DNA from: Nitrospiraceae bacterium
GTDB lineage: Bacteria; Nitrospirota; Nitrospiria; Nitrospirales; Nitrospiraceae
DNA length: 64,000 bases
Reading direction: 5' to 3'
Assembly: GCA_050246315.1 (NCBI GenBank)
Contig: JBFWWG010000001.1
Coordinates: 608,001-672,000 of the forward strand
How positions within the stretch are numbered: position 1 is the stretch's first letter; each line of letters starts with the position of its first letter. The notes below the pieces were generated by a model that saw only the letters and a list, made by a program, of their open reading frames with translations, did no database searches and was not told the origin of the DNA. This document shows, in pieces, positions 1 to 6,998 of the stretch. The position numbers and the translations under genes were made by a program.

Positions 1-1096
1 TCTCCCAAACCCCCTTCCGCCCAAGCTGACTTTGAGCTGGGACTTGGTGAATCAGCTTTCTGACGCTGATAGGGCGCTCAGCGAACTTGCGGGAACGGCT
101 CGCACCTTGCCGAACCCTCACTTGCTCATCGGTCCCTTTATCAGACGCGAGGCGGTGCTCTCCAGTCGCATCGAGGGGACCCAGGCTTCGCTGTCCGATC
201 TCCTATTTTTCGAGGCGTCGGGGTCGGTCGATCCGAACGTACCTGATGCCCGTGAGGTGGGGAATTATGTGAAGGCAATGGAATATGGACTTGCACGTCT
301 GAAAAATTTTCCGCTGAGCCTTCGCTTTATTCGGGAACTGCACGAACGTCTCATGGAGGGCGCACGCGGGGACCACCTGACTCCCGGTGAGTTTCGTCGC
401 TCCCAGAATTGGATAGGTCCGGCCGGATGTACTCTGATGGATTCCCTGTATGTGCCGCCTCCGGTCGAAGAGATGGAACAGGCACTGGCTCAGTTCGAAA
501 CCTATCTTCATGCGTCCTCCACGCTGCCGCTCCTTGTTCGACTCGCAGCCATCCACTACCAGTTTGAGGCGATTCACCCGTTCTTGGATGGGAATGGCAG
601 AATCGGGCGACTCCTCATCACGCTCCTGCTTTGCAAAGAAGGAATATTATCGGAACCGCTCCTCTATTTGAGCGCGTACTTTGAGCGCCACCGAGATGAG
701 TACTATCAGCTCCTACTGGCCGTGAGCCAAAGAGGCCAGTGGGCTGAGTGGATGTCATTCTTCCTTCGCGGTGTCGCGGAACAGTCGCGAGATGCACTGG
801 TCCGTTCCGGTAGCCTGCGTCAGTTGTGGCAAGGCTACCGTGGGGAATTCCAGTCTGCTCGATCGTCGGCGCTCCAGCTTCGCTTGATCGACCAGTTGTT
901 TGCGTACCCGGCGATTACGGCCAGTCAGGCAGCAAGGCTCTTACAGGTGACGCATCGCTCGGCGCAGTTGAATATTGAAAAGCTGATCCGCAAGGGCATT
1001 CTAAAGGAAGCCACTGGAAAGCAACGCAATCGCATTTTCATCGCTCCGCAGATCATCAAAGTCATTGAAGCGCCGCATGCAAGCAAACGCATGTGA
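1..1096 (+). CDS. Fic family protein (Fic_N/DUF4172 + Fic + C-terminal HTH); 5' end lies upstream of the window
   Basis: Fic motif HPFLDGNGRIGR; EAVLSSRIEGT N-terminal motif; frame is open from position 2 (LPNPLPPKL...). Confidence 0.92.
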   Translation, partial: LPNPLPPKLTLSWDLVNQLSDADRALSELAGTARTLPNPHLLIGPFIRREAVLSSRIEGTQASLSDLLFFEASGSVDPNVPDAREVGNYVKAMEYGLARLKNFPLSLRFIRELHERLMEGARGDHLTPGEFRRSQNWIGPAGCTLMDSLYVPPPVEEMEQALAQFETYLHASSTLPLLVRLAAIHYQFEAIHPFLDGNGRIGRLLITLLLCKEGILSEPLLYLSAYFERHRDEYYQLLLAVSQRGQWAEWMSFFLRGVAEQSRDALVRSGSLRQLWQGYRGEFQSARSSALQLRLIDQLFAYPAITASQAARLLQVTHRSAQLNIEKLIRKGILKEATGKQRNRIFIAPQIIKVIEAPHASKRM

Positions 1097-1146
1097 CTCG
1101 GATCAGTCCCCCTCCCGACCTGAACAACCTCATCCATGCCTGTCTG

Positions 1147-1279
1147 GCAGACTGCGGAAAAACCATCCGTTCATCCTTCGAGGACCTCAGGACGAACGGA
1201 GCGATTGTTGAATACACTGGGGTTTTTCGATCCTGCTAAGCCCGTCGATGCAAATGAATCGAGTTTTTCCGCAGCCTGC
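1147..1279. mobile_element. MITE-like element with ~17-bp terminal inverted repeats and an internal REP-like hairpin
   Basis: Left GCAGACTGCGGAAAAAC vs reverse complement of right end GCAGGCTGCGGAAAAAC; internal hairpin CCGTTCATCCT-TCGAGGACCTC-AGGACGAACGG. Confidence 0.6.
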
Positions 1280-1280
1280 A

Positions 1281-1370
1281 AGAGTCCCGGCCACATCGTG
1301 TTCGACTTAAGGGAAGAGGATGCGACTTCCTCACGGTCCCGCTGCCGTAACTGGGGACGGCTCCCGCACC
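1281..1370 (+). repeat. Truncated 5' half of a cobalamin riboswitch; direct repeat of 3351-3440
   Basis: 82/90 identity to 3351-3440; GGGAA, P4 and P5 present; GTCACTG/GGGAAG extension and B12 box absent. Confidence 0.9.
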
Positions 1371-1553
1371 TGTTGTTGGTCGACCCAGGCGGGCGATGAG
1401 TCCTGACCATCAGACTCAGCCCCGCGCCTAGCAGACGAAAGGCCGCTAGTGCCTGGCAGTGTCGTTTCGAGACGAACAGGCCAATACCTGGAATCGCAAA
1501 ACGGGTTCTCATCTATGCAGAAGGAAGAAATGCGCTGGAAGCGAGTCTGCGGA

Positions 1554-1886
1554 TCAGAGAAATTCGACGTGGCGGATCATGTCTTCGGGGGTCAACACAT
1601 CGTGGATCAGCATGAGCGATCTCAGAATATGCGGCATCGGTGTGTGTTGAGGGGCATACACAATCCCGCTATGGGCCATTCCGGCCGCGTGCAACCGTAG
1701 AGAGTCGGCATCTTGCGTAAAGACGACTCGCCCTTCTTGATCCGCCCGTTCAAGATGCTGGTGATCGGTGGCCGCCTGTAAGCCGGCTTCCTGAACTGTC
1801 GTCACGTCCACTCCACGCCTGCGCAAACCCTCTGTTACGGCTCTGGGGACATGCTCGTCCATGTAGGTCCGGATCCGGTCAGCCAC
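1554..1886 (-). CDS. DUF5615 PIN-like toxin (VapC45-type)
   Basis: YMDEHV...LRRRGVDV...ATDHQHL...GRVVFTQDAD...HSGIV pattern; overlaps the DUF433 gene. Confidence 0.85.
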   Translation of the reverse strand: MADRIRTYMDEHVPRAVTEGLRRRGVDVTTVQEAGLQAATDHQHLERADQEGRVVFTQDADSLRLHAAGMAHSGIVYAPQHTPMPHILRSLMLIHDVLTPEDMIRHVEFL

Positions 1887-2178
1887 CTGGCTTTCCGCTC
1901 AGCTTGGAGGGTGTGCCGCTTCGGAGGCTGGCCACATAGGAATCGTCAGCCAGGATCGTCGCATCGATCGCCAGGCGGTGATCGTAGTAGTAGGCCAGCG
2001 CGGCATACACTTCGGCCAAGGACAATCCGTGATTGGAGGCGATCTCGTCCGCGCTCAGGCCCATGCGCTCGTGCCAGATCATGACGTTCTGTACCGTGAT
2101 CCGGTGTCCAACAATCCGAGGTTTACCACCAGCGATGTCCGGCGAAACCGCGATGTGCTGAGTTGTGACTGTATCCAT
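1879..2178 (-). CDS. DUF433 antitoxin (VapB45-type)
   Basis: SPDIAGGKPRIVGHRITV...LSLAEVYAALAYY signature. Confidence 0.9.
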   Translation of the reverse strand: MDTVTTQHIAVSPDIAGGKPRIVGHRITVQNVMIWHERMGLSADEIASNHGLSLAEVYAALAYYYDHRLAIDATILADDSYVASLRSGTPSKLSGKPGG

Positions 2179-2250
2179 TGCGGACCTTCAAGCAGCCAGA
2201 TGGCATTATAGGCTACAGGGAAATTCCCTTCCATAAAAGGAGCGGCGCGG

Positions 2251-2366
2251 CTACCCCTCATGATTCACGATGACCTCTACTGCAACTGCCGTGTGACCCG
2301 TTGCGGGGTGCTGCTTCCTATGCAACGGATGGAACGCGACGAACCGTCATGAATAGTGCGGGTTCA
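2251..2366. mobile_element. Short, degenerate copy of the CCCGCATTATTCATGAC-ended MITE family
   Basis: GCAACGGATGGAACGCGACGAACCGTCATGAATAGTGCGGG (2322-2362) matches 22118-22158 and the reverse complements at 24255 and 30499; degenerate left end CCCTCATGATTCACGA. Confidence 0.6.
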
Positions 2367-2448
2367 GTGACCGCCTTGTGCGCCTCGGCATTGAGAAGAC
2401 GAGATTTTTCAGGGGTCGTACGATGCTCGCTGGATGGCCGAATGTCGA

Positions 2449-2874
2449 TTACGGCCCTCGCCATTTTTTCAGCAGCGCCACATGACCCTTTCGGCTTGCC
2501 CGCTTTTCGTAGGCCGCATCCGCCGTGAGGTAGAGTCCGTTGGCGCGCAACGCGAGGACATGGTATGCGGAGTCATAAAAAGTGACGCCCTTGACCTCCT
2601 GCATATGTTCGAGCACCGCCAGGCTATACTCGGTTCTGAGCGGAACCTCTTCGAATTCGTAGGCCAGCAGGGCGCTCATTAAGTCCGTAGCGAAGGCCGA
2701 CTGCTTCAGGCCCAAGACATGTCCGACTTCGTATCGCCACAGAGTCGGCAAGCGAATCTCGACCTCCTGAGCGAGGAACGCTTGCTGAAGCCGCAGGGCC
2801 TGGGGATAATCGGGCTCGTCCTCTTTCTCCAGCACCCACTTCAAAATGACGGACGCGTCAGGCACGACCATCAT
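2449..2874 (-). CDS. vapC: PIN-domain VapC toxin
   Basis: VVPDASVILKW...EE...TFYDSAYHVLA...LTAD acidic PIN residues. Confidence 0.88.
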   Translation of the reverse strand: MMVVPDASVILKWVLEKEDEPDYPQALRLQQAFLAQEVEIRLPTLWRYEVGHVLGLKQSAFATDLMSALLAYEFEEVPLRTEYSLAVLEHMQEVKGVTFYDSAYHVLALRANGLYLTADAAYEKRASRKGHVALLKKWRGP

Positions 2875-3104
2875 TGATCTGATCGAGTTCGATCCTTCCG
2901 CACTGCCGCTACAATTTCTTTTCCGCTGAAGGTCGCACTTCGCTTTCGGAGATGCTTGATCACCTCCGTGGCATGCTGGCGCTTTCGTCTGAGTAGTTCG
3001 TTCCGGAGCGCTTCATTCACGACTTGACTGCGCCGGCGGGGAGGAACGAGATTGAACAGTTCTTCCCGGAGCTGATCGTCGATCGACACATTCAATTTGG
3101 CCAT
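2871..3104 (-). CDS. RHH-like antitoxin (VapB-like)
   Basis: 77 aa, MAKLNVSIDDQL...RSQVVNEALR; 4-bp overlap with vapC; SD AGGAGG. Confidence 0.75.
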   Translation of the reverse strand: MAKLNVSIDDQLREELFNLVPPRRRSQVVNEALRNELLRRKRQHATEVIKHLRKRSATFSGKEIVAAVRKDRTRSDQ

Positions 3105-3137
3105 GACCTGGCAGCCTCCTCTTATAACCGGAGCAGT

Positions 3138-3176
3138 CTAGATGCCTACAGCATGCGTCTTCTATAGGCGTCCAAG
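3138..3176. promoter_or_regulatory. Inverted repeat upstream of the vapBC pair, probable autoregulatory operator
   Basis: GATGCCTACAG...CTATAGGCGTC imperfect palindrome ~35 bp before the antitoxin start. Confidence 0.45.
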
Positions 3177-3325
3177 CAAGGCTCCGCCTAGAAGCTGCGC
3201 GCCACTCTCGCTACCGAGGGACATCGAGAGGCATCCAAGACGGGTTGTTCTCATTTTTCGGCGGTTCCTCCCTCTCCAAGCGAAGGAACTCCAACACCCG
3301 TTCCTCCGGCTCGGAGCCGCGGACC

Positions 3326-3355
3326 TTGACAACCCCATTCACGCCCATCTAGAGT
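3326..3355 (+). promoter_or_regulatory. Sigma70-type promoter of the btu/cob operon
   Basis: TTGACA-18 nt-TAGAGT immediately before the riboswitch. Confidence 0.6.
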
Positions 3356-3365
3356 CCCGGCCACA

Positions 3366-3520
3366 TCGCGTTCGGTTCAAGGGAAGAGGGTGCGACTCCC
3401 TCACGGTCCCGCCGCTGTAACTGGGGACGGCTCCCGCACCATGTCACTGTTCGCTTCAGGCGAATGGGAAGACGCGGGTCGTCGGATGATCCAGGAGTCA
3501 GAAGACCTGACCGACACGCA
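3366..3520 (+). ncRNA. Cobalamin (AdoCbl, class I) riboswitch
   Basis: AAGGGAA-GAGGGTGCGACTCCCTC-ACGGTCCCGCCGCTGTAA; GTCACTG...GGGAAGAC; B12 box GAGTCAGAAGACCTG; lies upstream of btuF. Confidence 0.95.
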
Positions 3521-3578
3521 AGACCATAGTCCCCCCGTGGGGTGGGGAATAGGGTGAGGATGAAGGAGCTGGGTGCAG

Positions 3579-3621
3579 TCCTCCGGGTCTGTCTTGTTTG
3601 GCGACCCCGAGGATTTTTGTT
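3579..3621 (+). terminator. Intrinsic terminator-like hairpin in the btuF leader
   Basis: TCCTCCGGGTC...GACCCCGAGGA followed by TTTTTGTT. Confidence 0.5.
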
Positions 3622-4557
3622 GTGTCGAGCTCCCGGTTTCACCGACAGCCTCGTTGGCTCTTCCTTCTCGGGCCGGTTCTTGCCGCCAGCCTCCTTGTCG
3701 CGGGTAAATCGGCTGGAGCGGCCGATCGAATCTTCGTCGATGACCTGCACCGTTCCGTTTCGGTTCCCGACCATCCCGCCAGAGTCGTCTCGCTCGCTCC
3801 CAGTCTGACCGAACTGCTCTTCGCGCTGGGGTTAGACCGGGAGATCGTCGCGGTCACGCCGTTTTGCGATTATCCACCACAGGCCGCGACGAAACCCAAG
3901 GTCGGATACACCAACCCCAGTATCGAGGCGCTGGTCGGCCACGATCCCGACCTGGTTCTGGCGCCGCGGGAGTTCATGCGCGCCGATCTCCTCGGGCGGC
4001 TGGAACAGTTGCGCATCCCGGCCCTTGTCTTCTCGGCCGGTTCCGTCGCGGATATCACTGCGCATCTTCAGACTCTCGGACGAATCTTCCATCGTGAGCC
4101 GCAGGCGGAGAACGTCGCGACCTCGCTCCGACGACAGCTCGACGCTATTCAATCAAGAGTGCGCACCCTCCCGCCGCAGCGCGTGCTCTATGTCCTCAAC
4201 AGCCATCCGTTGATCACCGTCGGGCCGGGCAGTTTCATCCACGAGTTGATCGGTTTGGCGGGAGGCCAGAATGCCGCGGCAGAGGCGGCGATGCCGTATC
4301 CTCGCCTCAGTATGGAGGCGGTGTTGAAGGCCGACCCGGAGGTTCTGCTGTTTCCGGTCGGGAAGACGGAAGGGATCCCTCCCAGCGAGCAACAGGTGTG
4401 GCGGCAGTGGTCGGGACTGTCTGCCGTGCAACAAAACCGGCTCCGTTCGATTCCATCCGATCTGTTGAATCGCCCCGGTCCGCGAATCGGCGAGGGACTG
4501 GAAGCCCTGGCTCGCGCCATTCATCCGGAAGCCTTCACCAACGAAACCAAGCCATGA
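3598..4557 (+). CDS. btuF: Cobalamin ABC transporter substrate-binding protein (start uncertain)
   Basis: RVVSLAPSLTELLFALG, CDYPP, RPGPR motifs; riboswitch context. Confidence 0.9.
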   Translation: MATPRIFVVSSSRFHRQPRWLFLLGPVLAASLLVAGKSAGAADRIFVDDLHRSVSVPDHPARVVSLAPSLTELLFALGLDREIVAVTPFCDYPPQAATKPKVGYTNPSIEALVGHDPDLVLAPREFMRADLLGRLEQLRIPALVFSAGSVADITAHLQTLGRIFHREPQAENVATSLRRQLDAIQSRVRTLPPQRVLYVLNSHPLITVGPGSFIHELIGLAGGQNAAAEAAMPYPRLSMEAVLKADPEVLLFPVGKTEGIPPSEQQVWRQWSGLSAVQQNRLRSIPSDLLNRPGPRIGEGLEALARAIHPEAFTNETKP

Positions 4558-5717
4558 GACCGACAGGCGATATGATGCAGCGCCCCTCCGTCTCCCAGAC
4601 GATGGCGCAGCCCGCGCAAGCTGCACCGCAGCCGACCGGGGCGCCGTCACGGACATCCGATCGCAGCCGTCATCTTGCCCGCGGCCGGTCCGCACGCGCC
4701 CTGCGCCTCCTCGTCGGACTCGCGACCGGCCTGCTGATCTTGATGGTGCTCTGCCTGCAGGTCGGAACCGAATTCATCGGCTTGTCGCAGATGGCGGAGC
4801 TAGTCAGGAGGGGGTTCGGGCAGGGCGACTGGAACCGGGAATCGATCGGCACCGCCGGCATGATCCTGTTTCACGTGCGGTTGCCGCGGGTGTTCCTGAG
4901 CGTGATTGTCGGGGCGTCACTGGCCTCAGTCGGCGTCGTCCTTCAGGCGTTGCTCCGCAATCCCCTGGCCGATCCCTATGTGGTCGGGGTGTCGAGCGGG
5001 GCCGCGTTCGGGGCGGCGCTGGCGATCCTCTTCGGCATCGGAACCTCGTTCTTGGCCCTCACGGCGCTCCCGCTCTTCGCCTTCGCCGGGGGATTGCTCT
5101 CGCTGGTTCTCGTCTACCGATTGGGCGCGAGCCAAGGCCGGCTCTCCATCCACAGTCTGCTGTTGGCCGGCGTGATTCTGAACGCGATCTTCTCGGCGCT
5201 GATCATGTTTTCAACCTTGCTCATGGACCCGAACCGATCCTTCGGGTTGATGGCGTGGTTGATGGGGACGCTGACGTTACAGGTGTCGTCGGGTCTCACC
5301 GTGTTGCTCGTGTATATCCTCTGTGGCCTGCTCGTGCTCATGACCCAACTGCGTTCGCTCAATCTCATGACGCTGGGAGAGGAGTCGGCGCGTGCCTGCG
5401 GGGTCGATACGGAGCGGGTGAAGAAACGGCTCTTCGTAACCGCGGCCCTTGTGACGGGGGCCGTCGTCTCCGTGAGCGGGATGATCGGCTTCGTCGGGAT
5501 GGTCGTGCCTCATGCGGTGCGGATGCTGTTCGGCGCCGACCATCGCCTGCTGTTTCCGGCCTCGGCGCTGGTCGGAGGCATGGCCTTGCTGGTTGCCGAT
5601 ACCGCGGCGCGGACGCTGCTCGCTCCCACCGAGATTCCGGTGGGGATCGTCACGGCTCTCGCGGGAGGGCCGCTCTTTCTCTACCTCCTGCTGTGGCGAA
5701 AGGATCGATCGGCGTGA
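4554..5717 (+). CDS. btuC: Cobalamin ABC transporter permease (FecCD family)
   Basis: RLPRV, QALLRNPLADPYVVGVSSGA, GMIGFVGMVVPH, EIPVG motifs. Confidence 0.92.
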   Translation: MRPTGDMMQRPSVSQTMAQPAQAAPQPTGAPSRTSDRSRHLARGRSARALRLLVGLATGLLILMVLCLQVGTEFIGLSQMAELVRRGFGQGDWNRESIGTAGMILFHVRLPRVFLSVIVGASLASVGVVLQALLRNPLADPYVVGVSSGAAFGAALAILFGIGTSFLALTALPLFAFAGGLLSLVLVYRLGASQGRLSIHSLLLAGVILNAIFSALIMFSTLLMDPNRSFGLMAWLMGTLTLQVSSGLTVLLVYILCGLLVLMTQLRSLNLMTLGEESARACGVDTERVKKRLFVTAALVTGAVVSVSGMIGFVGMVVPHAVRMLFGADHRLLFPASALVGGMALLVADTAARTLLAPTEIPVGIVTALAGGPLFLYLLLWRKDRSA

Positions 5718-6631
5718 GGGAGGGGGCAGACGAGGGGAGTATGATCGCCGATGAGCGGCCGATCTCCGGTTCGACCTCGGTTGTTCAGGTCATGACGCCG
5801 GCGCCCATCTATGAAGTCCGTTCGTTGAGCCTCAGCTATCGGACCGACCATCGCGCCGGGCTGCTCTGGGCGCTGAAGGGTGTGAGTTTCGACGTTCAGC
5901 CCGGAGCATTCGTCGGCATCGTCGGCCCGAACGGGTCGGGCAAGACCTCGTTGTTGAAGCTGTTGGGCAAGGTGCTCCATTCGAAGTCCGGTACCATCCG
6001 TCTGCGTGGGCGAGACCTGGCGACGATCCCGCAGGTCGAGGTCGCGCGAACGGTGGCGATGGTGCCGCAGGAGCAGCATCAGGTCTTTCCCTTCACCGTG
6101 CTCGAGACCGTCCTCATGGGCCGGCATCCGCATCATGGATCGACGTGGCGCGCCGGGTTCAGTTGGGAGAATCAGGAGGATCTCGACATTGCCATAGAAG
6201 CGATGGAAGCGACCGATGTCGCACACCTCCACGATCGCGCTGTCACGGATCTCTCGGGAGGAGAACGGCAGCGCTGTTTGATCGCCCGCGCCCTGGCCCA
6301 GACGCCGCAAGTGCTGCTGCTGGATGAGCCGACCGCGTTTCTCGACCTGCCGCACCAGATCGAAATCAGCGCGCTCCTGCGACGGCTCGCGGATCGGAAG
6401 GGCCTGACCCTGTTGTTGATCTCGCACGATCTCAACATCGCCGGGCAATATGCCGATCGGATGTTGATGCTGAAGGAGGGGACGTTGTTTGCCGCCGGCA
6501 CGCCTGAAGAGGTGATTCGGCCGGACATTCTCAAGGCCGTCTACGGATGCGAGGTATTGGTGGACGGCCATCCCGAGTCGGGGCGACCGCGTGTGACCCT
6601 GCCGGTCGGACGCGGGAGCAGGACTGGTTGA
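5714..6631 (+). CDS. btuD: Cobalamin ABC transporter ATPase
   Basis: Walker A GPNGSGKT, LSGGERQR, LLLDEPT. Confidence 0.92.
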   Translation: MREGADEGSMIADERPISGSTSVVQVMTPAPIYEVRSLSLSYRTDHRAGLLWALKGVSFDVQPGAFVGIVGPNGSGKTSLLKLLGKVLHSKSGTIRLRGRDLATIPQVEVARTVAMVPQEQHQVFPFTVLETVLMGRHPHHGSTWRAGFSWENQEDLDIAIEAMEATDVAHLHDRAVTDLSGGERQRCLIARALAQTPQVLLLDEPTAFLDLPHQIEISALLRRLADRKGLTLLLISHDLNIAGQYADRMLMLKEGTLFAAGTPEEVIRPDILKAVYGCEVLVDGHPESGRPRVTLPVGRGSRTG

Positions 6632-6724
6632 ACGAAATCGTCGATGCGGGTCGGATGTGTACCCGGTCCACCTGTGCATCGTTGGGGTACGGAGAAAACC
6701 ACAGGAGAGGGAGTTTCGCAGAAC

Positions 6725-6960
6725 AGACGTCGGGGACGGGGAAGAGGGTGCGAAGCCCTCACGGTGCCGCCACTGTAAGCGAGGAGTGGTTCCGCACAAG
6801 AGCCACTGGTTGCAGGCGTCAACCGTCAGCCGTCACTCGTCAATCGAATGGGGAAGGTCTCAGACTTCCCGCGAATGACGAGCGACCAATGACGAGTGAC
6901 GACTGAGCCGGGAAGGCGCGGGATCGCGACGATCCGCGAGTCAGGAGACCCAGCCGACGG
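6725..6960 (+). ncRNA. Cobalamin riboswitch (class I) with a ~90-nt heptamer-repeat insertion
   Basis: GGGAAGAGGGTGCGAAGCCCTCACGGTGCCGCCACTGTAA; GCCACTG...GGGAAGGC; GAGTCAGGAGACC; downstream hairpin CCCTTCGAGCTAAAGGG overlaps the SD of btuB. Confidence 0.93.
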
Positions 6961-6998
6961 AGGTGTTGATTCACCCTTCGAGCTAAAGGGAGGAGAAT

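Noticed and set aside
1100..3350. Integron cassette array explanation for the Fic/TA cluster
   Set aside because: No convincing attC sites (RYYYAAC...GTTRRRY) and no integrase seen.
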